Source: Vicinamibacteria bacterium
GTDB lineage: Bacteria > Acidobacteriota > Vicinamibacteria > Marinacidobacterales > Marinacidobacteraceae
Direction: 5' to 3'
Assembly (NCBI GenBank): GCA_964291235.2
Contig: OZ219816.1
Coordinates: forward strand, 1,376,001-1,440,000
DNA length: 64,000 bases
Both the position numbers and the translations under genes were made by a program. Shown piece after piece: positions 18,016 through 28,120 of this stretch (position 1 is its first letter; each line of letters opens with the position of its first letter). The notes beneath the pieces were generated by a model. The model worked only from the letters and a program-made list of their open reading frames with translations, was not told where the DNA came from and made no database searches.

Positions 18016-20952
18016 ATGTCCGTCCTGGAGCGATTCGCCTCTCCCCTCCGCAGTCGAGACGCGGCGGTCCGCCTCAAGGCGGTACAGAAACATCCCGCGG
18101 ACGACACGGGAACGCTGGCGGAGGTCGCCCGCTCCGATCCCGATGCGCGCGTCCGCAAGGAGGCTGTCCGCCGGCTGGAGGCCCCGCGCGTGCTGCTCGA
18201 GTTGACGGACACCGCCGGTGACGAGGCCGCGCGGCACCTCGCGCGATCGCGCGGCGAAGCGCTACTCGTCAAGATCGCTGCCGACGATCGGGATCTCGGG
18301 GAATCACAACGGGCTCTCGGACTTCTCTCTCCGGCGCGGGCGGTGGCCGAGGTCGCCTGCCGGGCGCGCTTCGAAACCCTTCGCACCGAGGCGCTCGGCC
18401 GCCTGATCGCGATCCCGGCCGATGATCCGGAACGCGATCTGGCTCTCGCGACGGTGGCGGGAAGAGCCGCCGAGCCCGCCCTTCGGATCCAGGCTCTGGA
18501 CGCCATAGCCACTCCCGCCGGCCTCCTCCAGGTGGCGGTTTCCGCCGAAGATCGCGAGAGCGCCCTCGCCGCGGTCCGGAGGCTCGAGGACTCCGAATTG
18601 CTCCTTGCCGCGGCGGCGGGCGGCACTTCGAAGAGCGTCCGGCGGCTCGCGCGCCGCCGGGCGGAAGAGCGCCTGCCCGCGGACCACCCGGAACGTGTGA
18701 AGGCGCGCGAGAAGACTCTCGCCGGCCTGCTCGAGCGCCTGTCCGAGGCCGACCCGGCCGGTGCGGCCCTGAGCGCGTCGCTGCTCGCGGAGGCCGACGC
18801 AACGGTCGCTTCCGGGCCGGTGCCGGCTGCACTTGTCGCTCGGCTCGAGGAACTACGGGAGAACCTCCAGGGCGGGGGTCTCCGGAGCGAACGCGCCCTC
18901 CGGCTGTTGGTGCCCGACGAGCCGGCGACTCCCACGGTGCCGGAACCGGCTACCGGCGAGGCGGCCGAACCGGTTCCCGAACTTCCCGCGGCCGTCGAGG
19001 AGATCCTCAGCCGCCTGGAAGAGCCCACCGGAAGTCTGAGCCTCGCCGAGGTGGAAGATTCCGAACGCGAGTGTCGGCAGTTGCTGGAGGGCCTGGCGCA
19101 CGCCGCACCGGCTCGCGCTCGCCTGCGCGCGGCCGCGGAGGCCGCCCGGGAGGGAGCGCTCCAGCGGAAGAAGGCCCGGATCAGGGCGTTCCAACTGGCC
19201 GAGTTGGCGGACCACGCAGCTTCGCTCACCAAATCGCTCGGCGAACGCCCGTCCGGGCCGGAGATCGCGACCGCGCGGCGCGAATTGACGCGTCTGACGC
19301 GGCGCTTCGAACGCCTGGAACCGGCCGAATCGCCGGATGTCGAGCGATTTCGTGCCGCCGCCCGGCAGGCGGAAGAGATTTTGAACAGCGCCGAGACCTC
19401 GCGAAAGGACCAGACCCAGAAGTCCGAGGAACGGGTTGCCGCGCTGGAAGAACGACTCGCGAGACTCGAGTCGTCCGAGTCGTTTCCGGTCGAAGAGGGC
19501 GAGACAGCGCTTCGAGACCTGGGCCGGCTGCGGAGCAATCCGTCCGTATGGCGTCAGGCGGGGCCAGAGCGGCAGAGCCGTCTCCAGCGCCTGCAAGCGT
19601 CCCTCATGCCGCGTCTGCGCGAAGCCCGCGAGGTCCGGGAATGGCGCCAGTGGTCGAATCTCGAGGAACAGGCCTCCCTCATCCGCCGGGCTCGCGAACT
19701 CACCGAAGAGAGCGACGATCGGCGCGTTGACCGGGAACTCACCGTACTCGAACGTGCCTGGCACAAGGCGCGCCACACGGGACGGGAGCGCGGACAGGAG
19801 CTTTGGGAAGAGTGGGCCACGGTTCGCGGCGCTCTCCTCGAACGGGTGGCTCCGCTGCGAGAGGCCGCCGAACGTGAACTCACCGAGAAGCTGGAAAAGC
19901 TCCGGGGACTCGTCGAGAGGGCGGAAGAAATAGCGAACAGCGAAGACCCGCGCCGGGCTGCCGAGATCCGTTCCCTCATGCCGGAATGGCGCGAGCGCGC
20001 CCGCGGTATGGGAAAACGTTCGGAACGTCTCTGGAAGCGCTTTCGCAGCGCAAACGATCGATATTTCACCGACCTCAAGGCCCTGCGGAAGAAACAGCAC
20101 GAAGAATTCGCGGCGAACATCCCGGCCCGGGAACAGCTGATCGAGCGCGCAAAGGAACTGCTTGAGCAAACCGATGCCGACGCCGTCCGGAACGCCGTGC
20201 GCGACCTGATGCGCGAATGGAAGGAGTCGCCGCCCGTGCCCCGCAAGGAAGGCGACCGCCTCTGGGAAGCCTTCCGGAGCGCCTGCGATGAGGCGCGCGA
20301 TCGCCTCCGGGCGCCGGGCCGGAACGAAAAACCGCCCGTCGGCGACCCGCCACCTGCCCCCCCCGCCAGCGAGGCCGATGCCGATTTCCGGAACCGCCTC
20401 GAAGAACTGGCCGGACGGCCTGCCGAAGACCGCGGCGACGCCTCGATTGCCCTTTGGGACGACTATCGCCGGCTCAGCCGCTCCGGGGAGCGACTCGAAC
20501 GTCCGACGCAAGACGCACTTTTCACCTTGCTCCGGGAAACGCTCCAAAGCGCTCCCGAGGCCTTTGCCGACACCCGACTGGACCAGCAACAGGTCGTCGA
20601 ACGCCTCGTTGGATTGCTGGAAGAAATCGAGTCCCTGGCGGCGCCGCGCGCCTCCGTGCCGTCGGACGCCGGAGTCGAAAGTATCGCGGAACACCTCCGG
20701 CGGACGCTGCAAGCGGGACGGGCCGCCGACCGCGGCGCCGTCCTCCGAGAGGACGCTCGGACCGCTACCGGGATCCTGGAGCGCGCCCGCGCCGCGGGCC
20801 CGGCGCTCTCCGCTCCGGCGGTGGATGCGCTAAAACGCATCGAAGGGCTCGCCCGCAAGGTCATCGCCCGCGCACCCTCGCTGGATGATGCGGAAGGTCA
20901 GCGGCGGCAGCGACGTTCCCGACCCCGCGGCCGGCGTCCGCCCCGCGCCTGA
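18016..20952 (+). CDS. DUF349-like repeat protein with N-terminal HEAT-like repeats
   Basis: Repeated W...LW..F..A.D pattern (LWEEW, LWKRFRSANDRYF, LWEAFRSACD); N-terminal DPDARVRKEAVRRL-type repeats. Confidence 0.78.
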   Translation: MSVLERFASPLRSRDAAVRLKAVQKHPADDTGTLAEVARSDPDARVRKEAVRRLEAPRVLLELTDTAGDEAARHLARSRGEALLVKIAADDRDLGESQRALGLLSPARAVAEVACRARFETLRTEALGRLIAIPADDPERDLALATVAGRAAEPALRIQALDAIATPAGLLQVAVSAEDRESALAAVRRLEDSELLLAAAAGGTSKSVRRLARRRAEERLPADHPERVKAREKTLAGLLERLSEADPAGAALSASLLAEADATVASGPVPAALVARLEELRENLQGGGLRSERALRLLVPDEPATPTVPEPATGEAAEPVPELPAAVEEILSRLEEPTGSLSLAEVEDSERECRQLLEGLAHAAPARARLRAAAEAAREGALQRKKARIRAFQLAELADHAASLTKSLGERPSGPEIATARRELTRLTRRFERLEPAESPDVERFRAAARQAEEILNSAETSRKDQTQKSEERVAALEERLARLESSESFPVEEGETALRDLGRLRSNPSVWRQAGPERQSRLQRLQASLMPRLREAREVREWRQWSNLEEQASLIRRARELTEESDDRRVDRELTVLERAWHKARHTGRERGQELWEEWATVRGALLERVAPLREAAERELTEKLEKLRGLVERAEEIANSEDPRRAAEIRSLMPEWRERARGMGKRSERLWKRFRSANDRYFTDLKALRKKQHEEFAANIPAREQLIERAKELLEQTDADAVRNAVRDLMREWKESPPVPRKEGDRLWEAFRSACDEARDRLRAPGRNEKPPVGDPPPAPPASEADADFRNRLEELAGRPAEDRGDASIALWDDYRRLSRSGERLERPTQDALFTLLRETLQSAPEAFADTRLDQQQVVERLVGLLEEIESLAAPRASVPSDAGVESIAEHLRRTLQAGRAADRGAVLREDARTATGILERARAAGPALSAPAVDALKRIEGLARKVIARAPSLDDAEGQRRQRRSRPRGRRPPRA

Positions 20953-20967
20953 CGGCTGCTGGGGGAG

Positions 20968-23205
20968 CTACCTCCCCGCTTTCAGCCGTAGCGCGTTTCC
21001 AACGACGGTGAGGGAAGAGAGCGCCATGGCCCCGGCCGCGGCTTCCGGAGGCAGGAGCATTCCGGTGGAGGGATAGAGGAGTCCGGCGGCCAGGGGCACG
21101 GCGGCGAGGTTATAGACGAACGCCCAGAAGAGGTTCTGCCGAATGATGCGCAGGGCGCGCCGGGAGAGCCGGAGTGCTTCGCTCACGAGACGCAGATCCG
21201 GGCGCATCAGGGTTACCGCCGCGGCCTCCCGGGCGATTTCTGTTCCTTCGGCCAGGGCGACCCCCACATCGGCTCGCGCCAGCGCGGGCGCGTCGTTGAT
21301 CCCGTCCCCCACCATCGCCACCGGTCCGTAACGCTCCCGCAGGAGATCGATCGCGCTCAGCTTTTCCTCGGGCAAGAGCCCGCCGCGGACATCCCGGACG
21401 CCGATCTCCGCGCCGGTTGCCGCCACCGCCTCGGGTTCGTCGCCCGATACCAACCAAACGGCCAATCCGTCGTCGTCGAGCCTGGTTACCAGTTCCGCGG
21501 CCTCGGAGCGCGGTCGATCCCGGAACCCGATGCTCCCGACGAACTCGATTTCCTCTGCCGACTGCCGCAGAACGCGCAGCCGGCCCGACGCTCCGGCCCC
21601 CACCGGCGCCGCCGGGACGCTCAGGCCGCGCTCCCGCACCAGCCGATCGCTCCCCACCCACACCGTGACCCCGCCGGCAAAGTTCGCGACCACCCCGCGG
21701 CCGGGGAGCGCCTCGAAGCGCTCGGGGGTCTGAAGCGCCAGTCCATCTCCGAGTGCTTGGGCCACCAGCGCCTTGCCCAGCGGATGCTCGGATCCCTGCT
21801 CCGCCGACGCTGCGAGTCCGAGGAGATCGGCGCCGCTCCAACCCGGAACGGGTTCCACCGCAACGACCACCGGTTCACCGGTCGTCACCGTCCCTGTCTT
21901 GTCGAGCCCCACTGCCCGCACCGAAGCCAGCGCCTCCAGTGCCCCCCCGGAACGAAACAGGATCCCTCGCCGGGCCCCCTGTCCCGTCGCGACCAGGACC
22001 GCGATGGGGGCCGCCAGCCCCACCGCACAGGGACAGGCCACCACCAGCACCGCCACCCCGCGAGCCAGGGCGAAGTCCGGACTTCCCCCGGCGAACAGCC
22101 AGGCGCCGACGGTGAGAATCGCGACGACCATGACGATGGGGACGAACACCCCCGCGACCCGGTCGGCGGTCCGTTGCAGAGGGATTTTTTCGGTTTGGGC
22201 CTTCCGGACCGCGGCGGCGATCCGGGAGAGCGTGCTCTCGAACGCCCGGCGCGTCACTTCGACCTCGACGGCGCCGGTGAGATTCATGGCCCCGGCAACC
22301 ACCGGATCGGGGACCGCGCGCTCAACCGGCACGCTTTCCCCGGTCACCAACGACTCGTCCATGGCGGCGCCGCCATGGACGATGCGCCCGTCAAGGGGCA
22401 CGCGCTCCCCGGGCCGGACCCGGATCCGCTCACCCGCCTGTACTTCAGCCACGGGCGCCATCCGCTCTTCACCGCCGCGCACCACCCTCGCGAGATCCGG
22501 CGCGAACGCGAGTAGTTCGGCCAGCGCATCGGCCGCCCGCCCCCGGGCTCGATGCTCCAGCCAACGCCCCAGCTGGACAAACGCCACGATGATCGCGGCG
22601 GTATCGAAGAACAGTGGCCCGTCGGCGGCGCCAACCAGCGTGACCACGGAAGAGCCGTAAGCAGCGCCGGCGCCGAGGCCGATCAGGCTGTCCATCCCGA
22701 AGGCCCGGTACCGAAAGGCTTTGCCGAGCGCCACCAGGAAGTTGCGGCCGAGCAGCACGCACACCGGGGTCGCGAGCAAGAACTGGGTCCAACGGCCCAG
22801 CGTGGAGCCTCCGAAAACACTCATCGCGACGCTCATGGCCGCCGCCGCGAGCGCCAGGGCCAGGAAGACCGGCAAGAACCCGCTCCAACGCGTCTCCTCC
22901 GTGCCCTCCTCCGCCTGCCGGGGCCGCGCGGCTTCGGCCTCGACGGTTTCGAGCTGGTAGGGACCGGCCGCCGCCACGGCCCCCGCGATGTCCTCGGCCA
23001 GCGTCGCGCTGGGGATCTCGTTTCCGGTGAGCCTCACCGACAGATCCCCGGTCAACAGGCTCACCTCCGCACTCTGGACTTCGGGGAGGCCGACCACCGC
23101 CTTTTCTACGCTCGCCACACAGCCGGCGCAGTGCATTCCGGCGACACGCGCTTCAAACCTGGTTTCCCCGGCGGACGTCGGCGGCGCGGTTGAACGGGAA
23201 TCCAT
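20968..23205 (-). CDS. copA: Cu(I)-translocating P1B-type ATPase
   Basis: HMA GMHCAGC, TGES, CPC, DKTGT, SEHPLG, GDGINDAP, and YN plus MALSS TM ligands. Confidence 0.93.
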   Translation of the reverse strand: MDSRSTAPPTSAGETRFEARVAGMHCAGCVASVEKAVVGLPEVQSAEVSLLTGDLSVRLTGNEIPSATLAEDIAGAVAAAGPYQLETVEAEAARPRQAEEGTEETRWSGFLPVFLALALAAAAMSVAMSVFGGSTLGRWTQFLLATPVCVLLGRNFLVALGKAFRYRAFGMDSLIGLGAGAAYGSSVVTLVGAADGPLFFDTAAIIVAFVQLGRWLEHRARGRAADALAELLAFAPDLARVVRGGEERMAPVAEVQAGERIRVRPGERVPLDGRIVHGGAAMDESLVTGESVPVERAVPDPVVAGAMNLTGAVEVEVTRRAFESTLSRIAAAVRKAQTEKIPLQRTADRVAGVFVPIVMVVAILTVGAWLFAGGSPDFALARGVAVLVVACPCAVGLAAPIAVLVATGQGARRGILFRSGGALEALASVRAVGLDKTGTVTTGEPVVVAVEPVPGWSGADLLGLAASAEQGSEHPLGKALVAQALGDGLALQTPERFEALPGRGVVANFAGGVTVWVGSDRLVRERGLSVPAAPVGAGASGRLRVLRQSAEEIEFVGSIGFRDRPRSEAAELVTRLDDDGLAVWLVSGDEPEAVAATGAEIGVRDVRGGLLPEEKLSAIDLLRERYGPVAMVGDGINDAPALARADVGVALAEGTEIAREAAAVTLMRPDLRLVSEALRLSRRALRIIRQNLFWAFVYNLAAVPLAAGLLYPSTGMLLPPEAAAGAMALSSLTVVGNALRLKAGR

Positions 23206-23367
23206 GACGAGACCCGGAGTATAGGAACGGACCGCTCAGAAGCTCCGTCTTCCCGGCGCCTGCCCGCGACACGGATTGGCGGCCCGGGCGGCGCCGGGAG
23301 GCTCGGCTTCCGACGGGCCCCGCCGTCGCCCGGAAACCGCGCGCTCCCGGCTACAATCGCCAGCCGT

Positions 23368-23880
23368 TTGCCCGTCCGTCCGATCCTGCGTTACGGGGCC
23401 TCCCCCCTGAGCACTCCGTCCGATCCCATCGAGGATTTTGAGCACAGCTGGAAAGAGCTGGTGGACGACATGGTGGCAACCATGTACGCCGCCCCTGGCG
23501 TGGGGCTCGCGGCGCCCCAGATCGGCGTGGGCGTGCGGCTCATGGTGATCGACATCACGGTCGGCGAGAAGGACGGGGAATTGATTGTGATGGCCAATCC
23601 CGAAATCCTCGAGTCACGGGGAAGCCAATCCGAGGAGGAAGGGTGTCTTTCGGTTCCCGGATACTCGGGCGTGACCCGGCGCCCGCAGTGGGTGCGCGTC
23701 CGCGGACAGCGTCTCGACGGCTCCTTCTACGAGATGGAAGGTGAAGGCTTGCTGGCGCGAGCGTTCGCTCACGAAGTGGACCATCTCAATGGCCGCCTCT
23801 TTCTGGATCGGCTCGGCCTTCTGAAGCGGGACCTCATCATCCGCAAACTGCGTCGCCGGATGCGCCGCGGCGACTGGTAG
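23368..23880 (+). CDS. def: Peptide deformylase
   Basis: GVGLAAPQIG, EGCLS, HEVDH; TTG start. Confidence 0.97.
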   Translation: MPVRPILRYGASPLSTPSDPIEDFEHSWKELVDDMVATMYAAPGVGLAAPQIGVGVRLMVIDITVGEKDGELIVMANPEILESRGSQSEEEGCLSVPGYSGVTRRPQWVRVRGQRLDGSFYEMEGEGLLARAFAHEVDHLNGRLFLDRLGLLKRDLIIRKLRRRMRRGDW

Positions 23881-23919
23881 CGCCCGGCAGCTCGGCAAGG
23901 CGGGGACGGAGGAACGGAG

Positions 23920-24933
23920 GTGGAGCGCCTCCGCACCGTCTTTCTCGGGACTTCCGTATTTGCGGAACCGGCGCTTCGCGCCCTGCACACCCGCCACCAG
24001 GTGGCAGCGGCGATCACCCAGCCGGATCGCCCGGCAGGCAGAAATCACCAGCCGCGCCTCAGCCGAATCAAGCGCCTGGCGCTCACCTTGGGGATCCCGG
24101 TACTGCAGCCGGGGCGCATTCGGCGCCGGAACGCCTGGGAACCGCTCCGGGAACTCGCGCCCGATGTCCTGGTCGTAGCTGACTATGGGCAGATTCTTCC
24201 GGCCGGGCTCCTCGCGGTGCCGCGGCTCGGATCGGTCAATGTCCACGCCTCGCTGCTTCCCGAACTGCGGGGCGCCGCACCCGCCATCTGGGCCGTGGCC
24301 CGCGGTCTTCGCCGGACTGGAGTCACAACGATGCTCATGGACGCCGGACTGGATACCGGCCCGGTCCTGCTCCAACGGGATACGGAGGTTGGGGCGACCG
24401 AAACCGGGGGTGAACTCCTCGCCCGGCTCGCTCCGATGGGCGCCGACCTGCTGCTCGCCACCCTCGCCGGACTCGCCGCCGGGCAGATCACGCCGCGCCC
24501 TCAAGACGACGAGGACGCCACGTTCGCTCCGCGCGTCCAAAAGGCCGACGCCGCACTGGACTGGAACGAGAAAGCTCCGTCACTGGTCAATCACGTCCGC
24601 GCTTTCTCTCCGGCGCCGGTGGCCTTCACCGCGTTTCCCGGCGATCCGCACACTCCCCCGGGCTCCTTGTTCCGTATACATCGGGCGACCGCCGAGAGCG
24701 CCCCCGTTCCGGGCGCGCGGCCGCCGGGTTCGTTCTGGGTTTCGGGCCCGAAACGCGCCCCCCGCCTGGCGATCGCCTGCGGCGAGGGAACCACCCTCTG
24801 GCCGCTCGAGGTGCAGGCCGCCGGCCGGCGACGCCTGCCCATCGCCGACTTCCTCCGCGGCAATCCGTTCGCCCCGGACGGCGGCCGGTTCCCGGAAGCG
24901 GCGGAAGCCGTCCGCCTGGCGCAAGGCAGCTGA
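23920..24933 (+). CDS. fmt: Methionyl-tRNA formyltransferase
   Basis: VFLGT, TQPDRPAGR, YGQILP, NVHASLLPELRGAAP, GLDTGP. Confidence 0.97.
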   Translation: MERLRTVFLGTSVFAEPALRALHTRHQVAAAITQPDRPAGRNHQPRLSRIKRLALTLGIPVLQPGRIRRRNAWEPLRELAPDVLVVADYGQILPAGLLAVPRLGSVNVHASLLPELRGAAPAIWAVARGLRRTGVTTMLMDAGLDTGPVLLQRDTEVGATETGGELLARLAPMGADLLLATLAGLAAGQITPRPQDDEDATFAPRVQKADAALDWNEKAPSLVNHVRAFSPAPVAFTAFPGDPHTPPGSLFRIHRATAESAPVPGARPPGSFWVSGPKRAPRLAIACGEGTTLWPLEVQAAGRRRLPIADFLRGNPFAPDGGRFPEAAEAVRLAQGS

Positions 24934-24936
24934 CCG

Positions 24937-25830
24937 GTGAGGACCTGGCTCCGGCGTGCCGCCCTGGCGCTGCTTGCCATGGTGGCGTTGCTCGCCCTCG
25001 GCTACGGCGTGCTCCTCCTCGTTGCGAACTCCCGTCCGGCGGGCACGACGCATTCCTTCTTCAGCACGCCAGCGCTCAATCTCGCCCACCGCGGAGGTGG
25101 CCGGCTGGCGCCGGAAGCCACCCTGGCGGCATTCGACGCCGCGGTGGCCGCCGGCGCCGACGTCCTCGAAATGGACGTCCGGCGCACCCTGGACGGCGCG
25201 CTGGTCGTGATCCATGACTCCACCGTGGACCGGACTACCGACGGGAGCGGTCCGGTGGCCTCCTTCCGCCTCGATGAGCTCCGCGCCCTGAATGCCGGAT
25301 CCAACTTCCGGGCTGCGGACGGAACTTTCCCCTACCGCCGCGAGACCCTCGTGGTGCCGACTTTCGAGGAAGTCCAAAACGCCCATCCCGACCTCCGTTT
25401 CGTCGTCGAGATGAAAACCCCCGACACTGCCGGGCCACTGTGCGAAGCCATCGCGGCAGCGGGCCGCGAGGCGCTCACCTTGGTCGCCGCTTTCGACCGC
25501 GACTCACTGGAGCACTTCCGCAGCGTGTGCCCGGATGTCGCGACCGGGGGTTCGTTCGGCGAGGTCGTGACTTTTGTGGCCCTTGCCCTCGGGGGACTGA
25601 GCGGCCTCTACGACCCGCCGTTCGACGCGCTGCTGGTCAGCGAAATCAGTGGCCCCCTGCGGGTGGTGACGCCCCGCTTCCTCCGCGCAACCCGCCGGGC
25701 GGGCCTTCCGGTGATCGTCTGGACCGTGAACCGGCGCGCGGACATGGAGCGTCTCTTGGCCCTGGGAGTCGACGGAGTCCTGACCGATGACCCGGCAACT
25801 CTCGCGGCGGTGATCGCCGCGCCGCGCTGA
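24937..25830 (+). CDS. Glycerophosphodiester phosphodiesterase with N-terminal TM
   Basis: AHRGG, PEAT, LEMDV, VIHD, VEMK, WTVN, GVDGVLTD. Confidence 0.93.
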   Translation: MRTWLRRAALALLAMVALLALGYGVLLLVANSRPAGTTHSFFSTPALNLAHRGGGRLAPEATLAAFDAAVAAGADVLEMDVRRTLDGALVVIHDSTVDRTTDGSGPVASFRLDELRALNAGSNFRAADGTFPYRRETLVVPTFEEVQNAHPDLRFVVEMKTPDTAGPLCEAIAAAGREALTLVAAFDRDSLEHFRSVCPDVATGGSFGEVVTFVALALGGLSGLYDPPFDALLVSEISGPLRVVTPRFLRATRRAGLPVIVWTVNRRADMERLLALGVDGVLTDDPATLAAVIAAPR

Positions 25831-25831
25831 C

Positions 25832-27250
25832 ATGTCAGGACCGCGGCGGAAGGCGTCCGGCGCGCCGCGAACCGGCAAGCCCACCGGCGCGGCACAACCC
25901 GCTTCGCCGGCTCGGCGCGCCGCCTTCTCGGTCCTTTTGCGCCTCGAACCGACGAAAGACCGCCTGCCTCCCCGCCCCGACGCCCTCATCGCCCGCCTCG
26001 AGGACGCCGAAGGAAAGCCTCCGAGCGACCGTGACCGGGCGCTCGCGCGCGAACTCATCTTCGGGGTGCTGCGCTGGCGGCGCGGCCTCGATTACGCGCT
26101 CGACACGTACTCGAGGCGCCCCATCCACAAACTTGATCTCCCGGTCCGTACCGCCCTCCGGCTAGGGCTCTACCAGCTTCGGTTTCTGGACCGGGTGCCA
26201 GCCAGCGCCGCGGTCCACGAATCGGTATCGCTCGCCGCCGCCCACGCACGGCCAGGGGCCGCAGGCCTGGTCAACGCGGTGCTCCGGGCCTATCTGCGGG
26301 CGGATCACCCGTGGCCCCATCGTGGCGGTGACCGAAATCTGTACCTCCGCGCCGGTCTCTCGCATCCGGACTGGCTCGTCGAGCGCTACCAGCGCCAGCT
26401 CGGGTACGACCGCGCCAGACGACGACTCGAAGCGAACAATCGGCCTCCCGTGGTCTTCTTGCGGGTGAGCCGGGGCAGCGATCTTGACGAAACGCGGCGA
26501 CGGCTGGAGGAAGACGGCATCGCGACCGAGCGCTTTCCCCTCGCGCCGCGCTGCCTCAAGGTAACGGGCGGGAATCCCCAGAACTCGCCGCTCTACCGGG
26601 AAGGCCGGTTTCATATTCAGGATGCGGGATCGCAACTCGTTGCCTGGCTGCTTCCCCTCAATGGAGCTCGCCGGTGTCTCGATGCCTGCGCTGCTCCCGG
26701 AGGCAAGGCGACCATCCTGGCCGAACGAATCGCGCCGCGGCGCCTGGTCGCCGCCGATGTGCGCCCCGCTCGCGTGACCTTGCTCGGGACGACGGCCGAG
26801 CGGCTCTCCGCAGACAATCTTCTCCGCTTGGCGGCCGACGCGTCCCGGCCCCCGTTCCCGGCGGGAACGTTCGACCGCGTGTTGCTCGACGTTCCCTGCA
26901 GCGGCCTCGGAACCATCCCGAGGAACCCCGACATCAAGTGGACCGCCTCGCGCGAACGTCTGCGGAATCTCGCGGACAGCGCCGGCCGGATCGCCCGGTC
27001 GGCCATCAACCTGCTTCGCCCCGGCGGAATGCTCCTCTACTCCACCTGCTCGCTGGAGCCGGAAGAAACGACCGGCGCGGTCCACGGCCTGCTCGCGGAG
27101 ACCGCCGGCCTCCGGCAGATATCCCTGGCCGACCGGCTGCCGGAAGCTCTGGTTCCCCTCGTGGACGACGATGGCGCCCTTTCGGTGGCGCCCGAAGATC
27201 ATGGAACCGATGGCTATTTCGCCGCGCTCCTGGAGCGGCCGGGTGACTGA
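25832..27250 (+). CDS. rsmB: 16S rRNA m5C967 methyltransferase RsmB/Sun
   Basis: NusB-like N-terminus, SHPDWL, QDAGSQ, DACAAPGGK, DVPCSG, YSTCS. Confidence 0.96.
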   Translation: MSGPRRKASGAPRTGKPTGAAQPASPARRAAFSVLLRLEPTKDRLPPRPDALIARLEDAEGKPPSDRDRALARELIFGVLRWRRGLDYALDTYSRRPIHKLDLPVRTALRLGLYQLRFLDRVPASAAVHESVSLAAAHARPGAAGLVNAVLRAYLRADHPWPHRGGDRNLYLRAGLSHPDWLVERYQRQLGYDRARRRLEANNRPPVVFLRVSRGSDLDETRRRLEEDGIATERFPLAPRCLKVTGGNPQNSPLYREGRFHIQDAGSQLVAWLLPLNGARRCLDACAAPGGKATILAERIAPRRLVAADVRPARVTLLGTTAERLSADNLLRLAADASRPPFPAGTFDRVLLDVPCSGLGTIPRNPDIKWTASRERLRNLADSAGRIARSAINLLRPGGMLLYSTCSLEPEETTGAVHGLLAETAGLRQISLADRLPEALVPLVDDDGALSVAPEDHGTDGYFAALLERPGD

Positions 27251-27341
27251 ATCGTCCCGGACGATCCGCGCGCCGCGGTCCGCGCCGGCGAACGTCTTGA
27301 ACAGCGTCGGGCACTAAACTTGCCGGCGGGAATATCAGCCC

Positions 27342-28106
27342 GTGGGCAACTTTCGGATCCGTTGGCGACGTGGTGCGCGTCCGTCCACGTCCCGGCTCTC
27401 GCGTGGCCTGTATTACGTGATGATGGGGGCCCTGCTCGGCGCCACGTTTGCCTTTGCGGCGGCGGCCACCTTCCTGATCGCGTCGGCGGCGGCGGACCCC
27501 GCTGTCCCGGACCTCACCGGCCTCGAGGTCCCGACCGCGGAGACCTTGCTCGGCGGTGTCGGGCTTCGTCTTGCCGAGGGGGAGGCGCGTTTCGATGACC
27601 AGGTTCCCGAGGGAAGGATCGTCTTTCAGGAGCCACCGCCCGGTGCCTCCTTCAAGCGCGGGCGTTCGGTCCAGGTGTTCCGCAGCCTGGGCCCGACCCG
27701 CCGGGTGGTGCCGCGGCTCGAAGGGAGCACGCTCACGGAGGCGCGCCGGCAACTCGAGGCCGCTGAACTCACCGTGGGCCGCGTCGCGGAGGTCGAAAGC
27801 GACACCTATCTCGCGGGGCGGGTAATTGCTCAATCCCCCGTGGCGTACTCTGAAACAGTTCCCAGCACTGCGGTCTCGGTCCTCCTTTCGTCCGGTTCGG
27901 AGCCCGAGTCCTTCGTGATGCCCGACTTCATCGGCCGCCGCTACGGAGACATCGCCGATGACCTGAGCCGGGGGGCCGTCCGGGTGCGCGATGTCCGCAG
28001 CGTGCCCTACCGCGGTGTCCCGGCCGGAATCGTCGTGGACCAGGTGCCCACGGCGGGCGCGAAGGTCAGTCGAAACGACCGGATCGTGCTCACCCTCAGT
28101 CGGTAG
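27342..28106 (+). CDS. Single-TM protein with three PASTA repeats and no kinase domain
   Basis: VPDLTG, VPRLEG and MPDFIG repeat starts, each followed by G.(I/V)..Q.P motifs. Confidence 0.9.
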   Translation: MGNFRIRWRRGARPSTSRLSRGLYYVMMGALLGATFAFAAAATFLIASAAADPAVPDLTGLEVPTAETLLGGVGLRLAEGEARFDDQVPEGRIVFQEPPPGASFKRGRSVQVFRSLGPTRRVVPRLEGSTLTEARRQLEAAELTVGRVAEVESDTYLAGRVIAQSPVAYSETVPSTAVSVLLSSGSEPESFVMPDFIGRRYGDIADDLSRGAVRVRDVRSVPYRGVPAGIVVDQVPTAGAKVSRNDRIVLTLSR

Positions 28107-28120
28107 AGTTGCCAAGCCGG

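Noticed and set aside
16653-19538. Apparent 961-aa MFS fusion protein
   Set aside because: The N-terminal ~560 aa are antisense to the DUF349-like gene; only the last ~400 aa are MFS.
23206-23367. CueR/CsoR operator upstream of copA
   Set aside because: No recognisable palindrome matching either consensus, and no regulator gene nearby.
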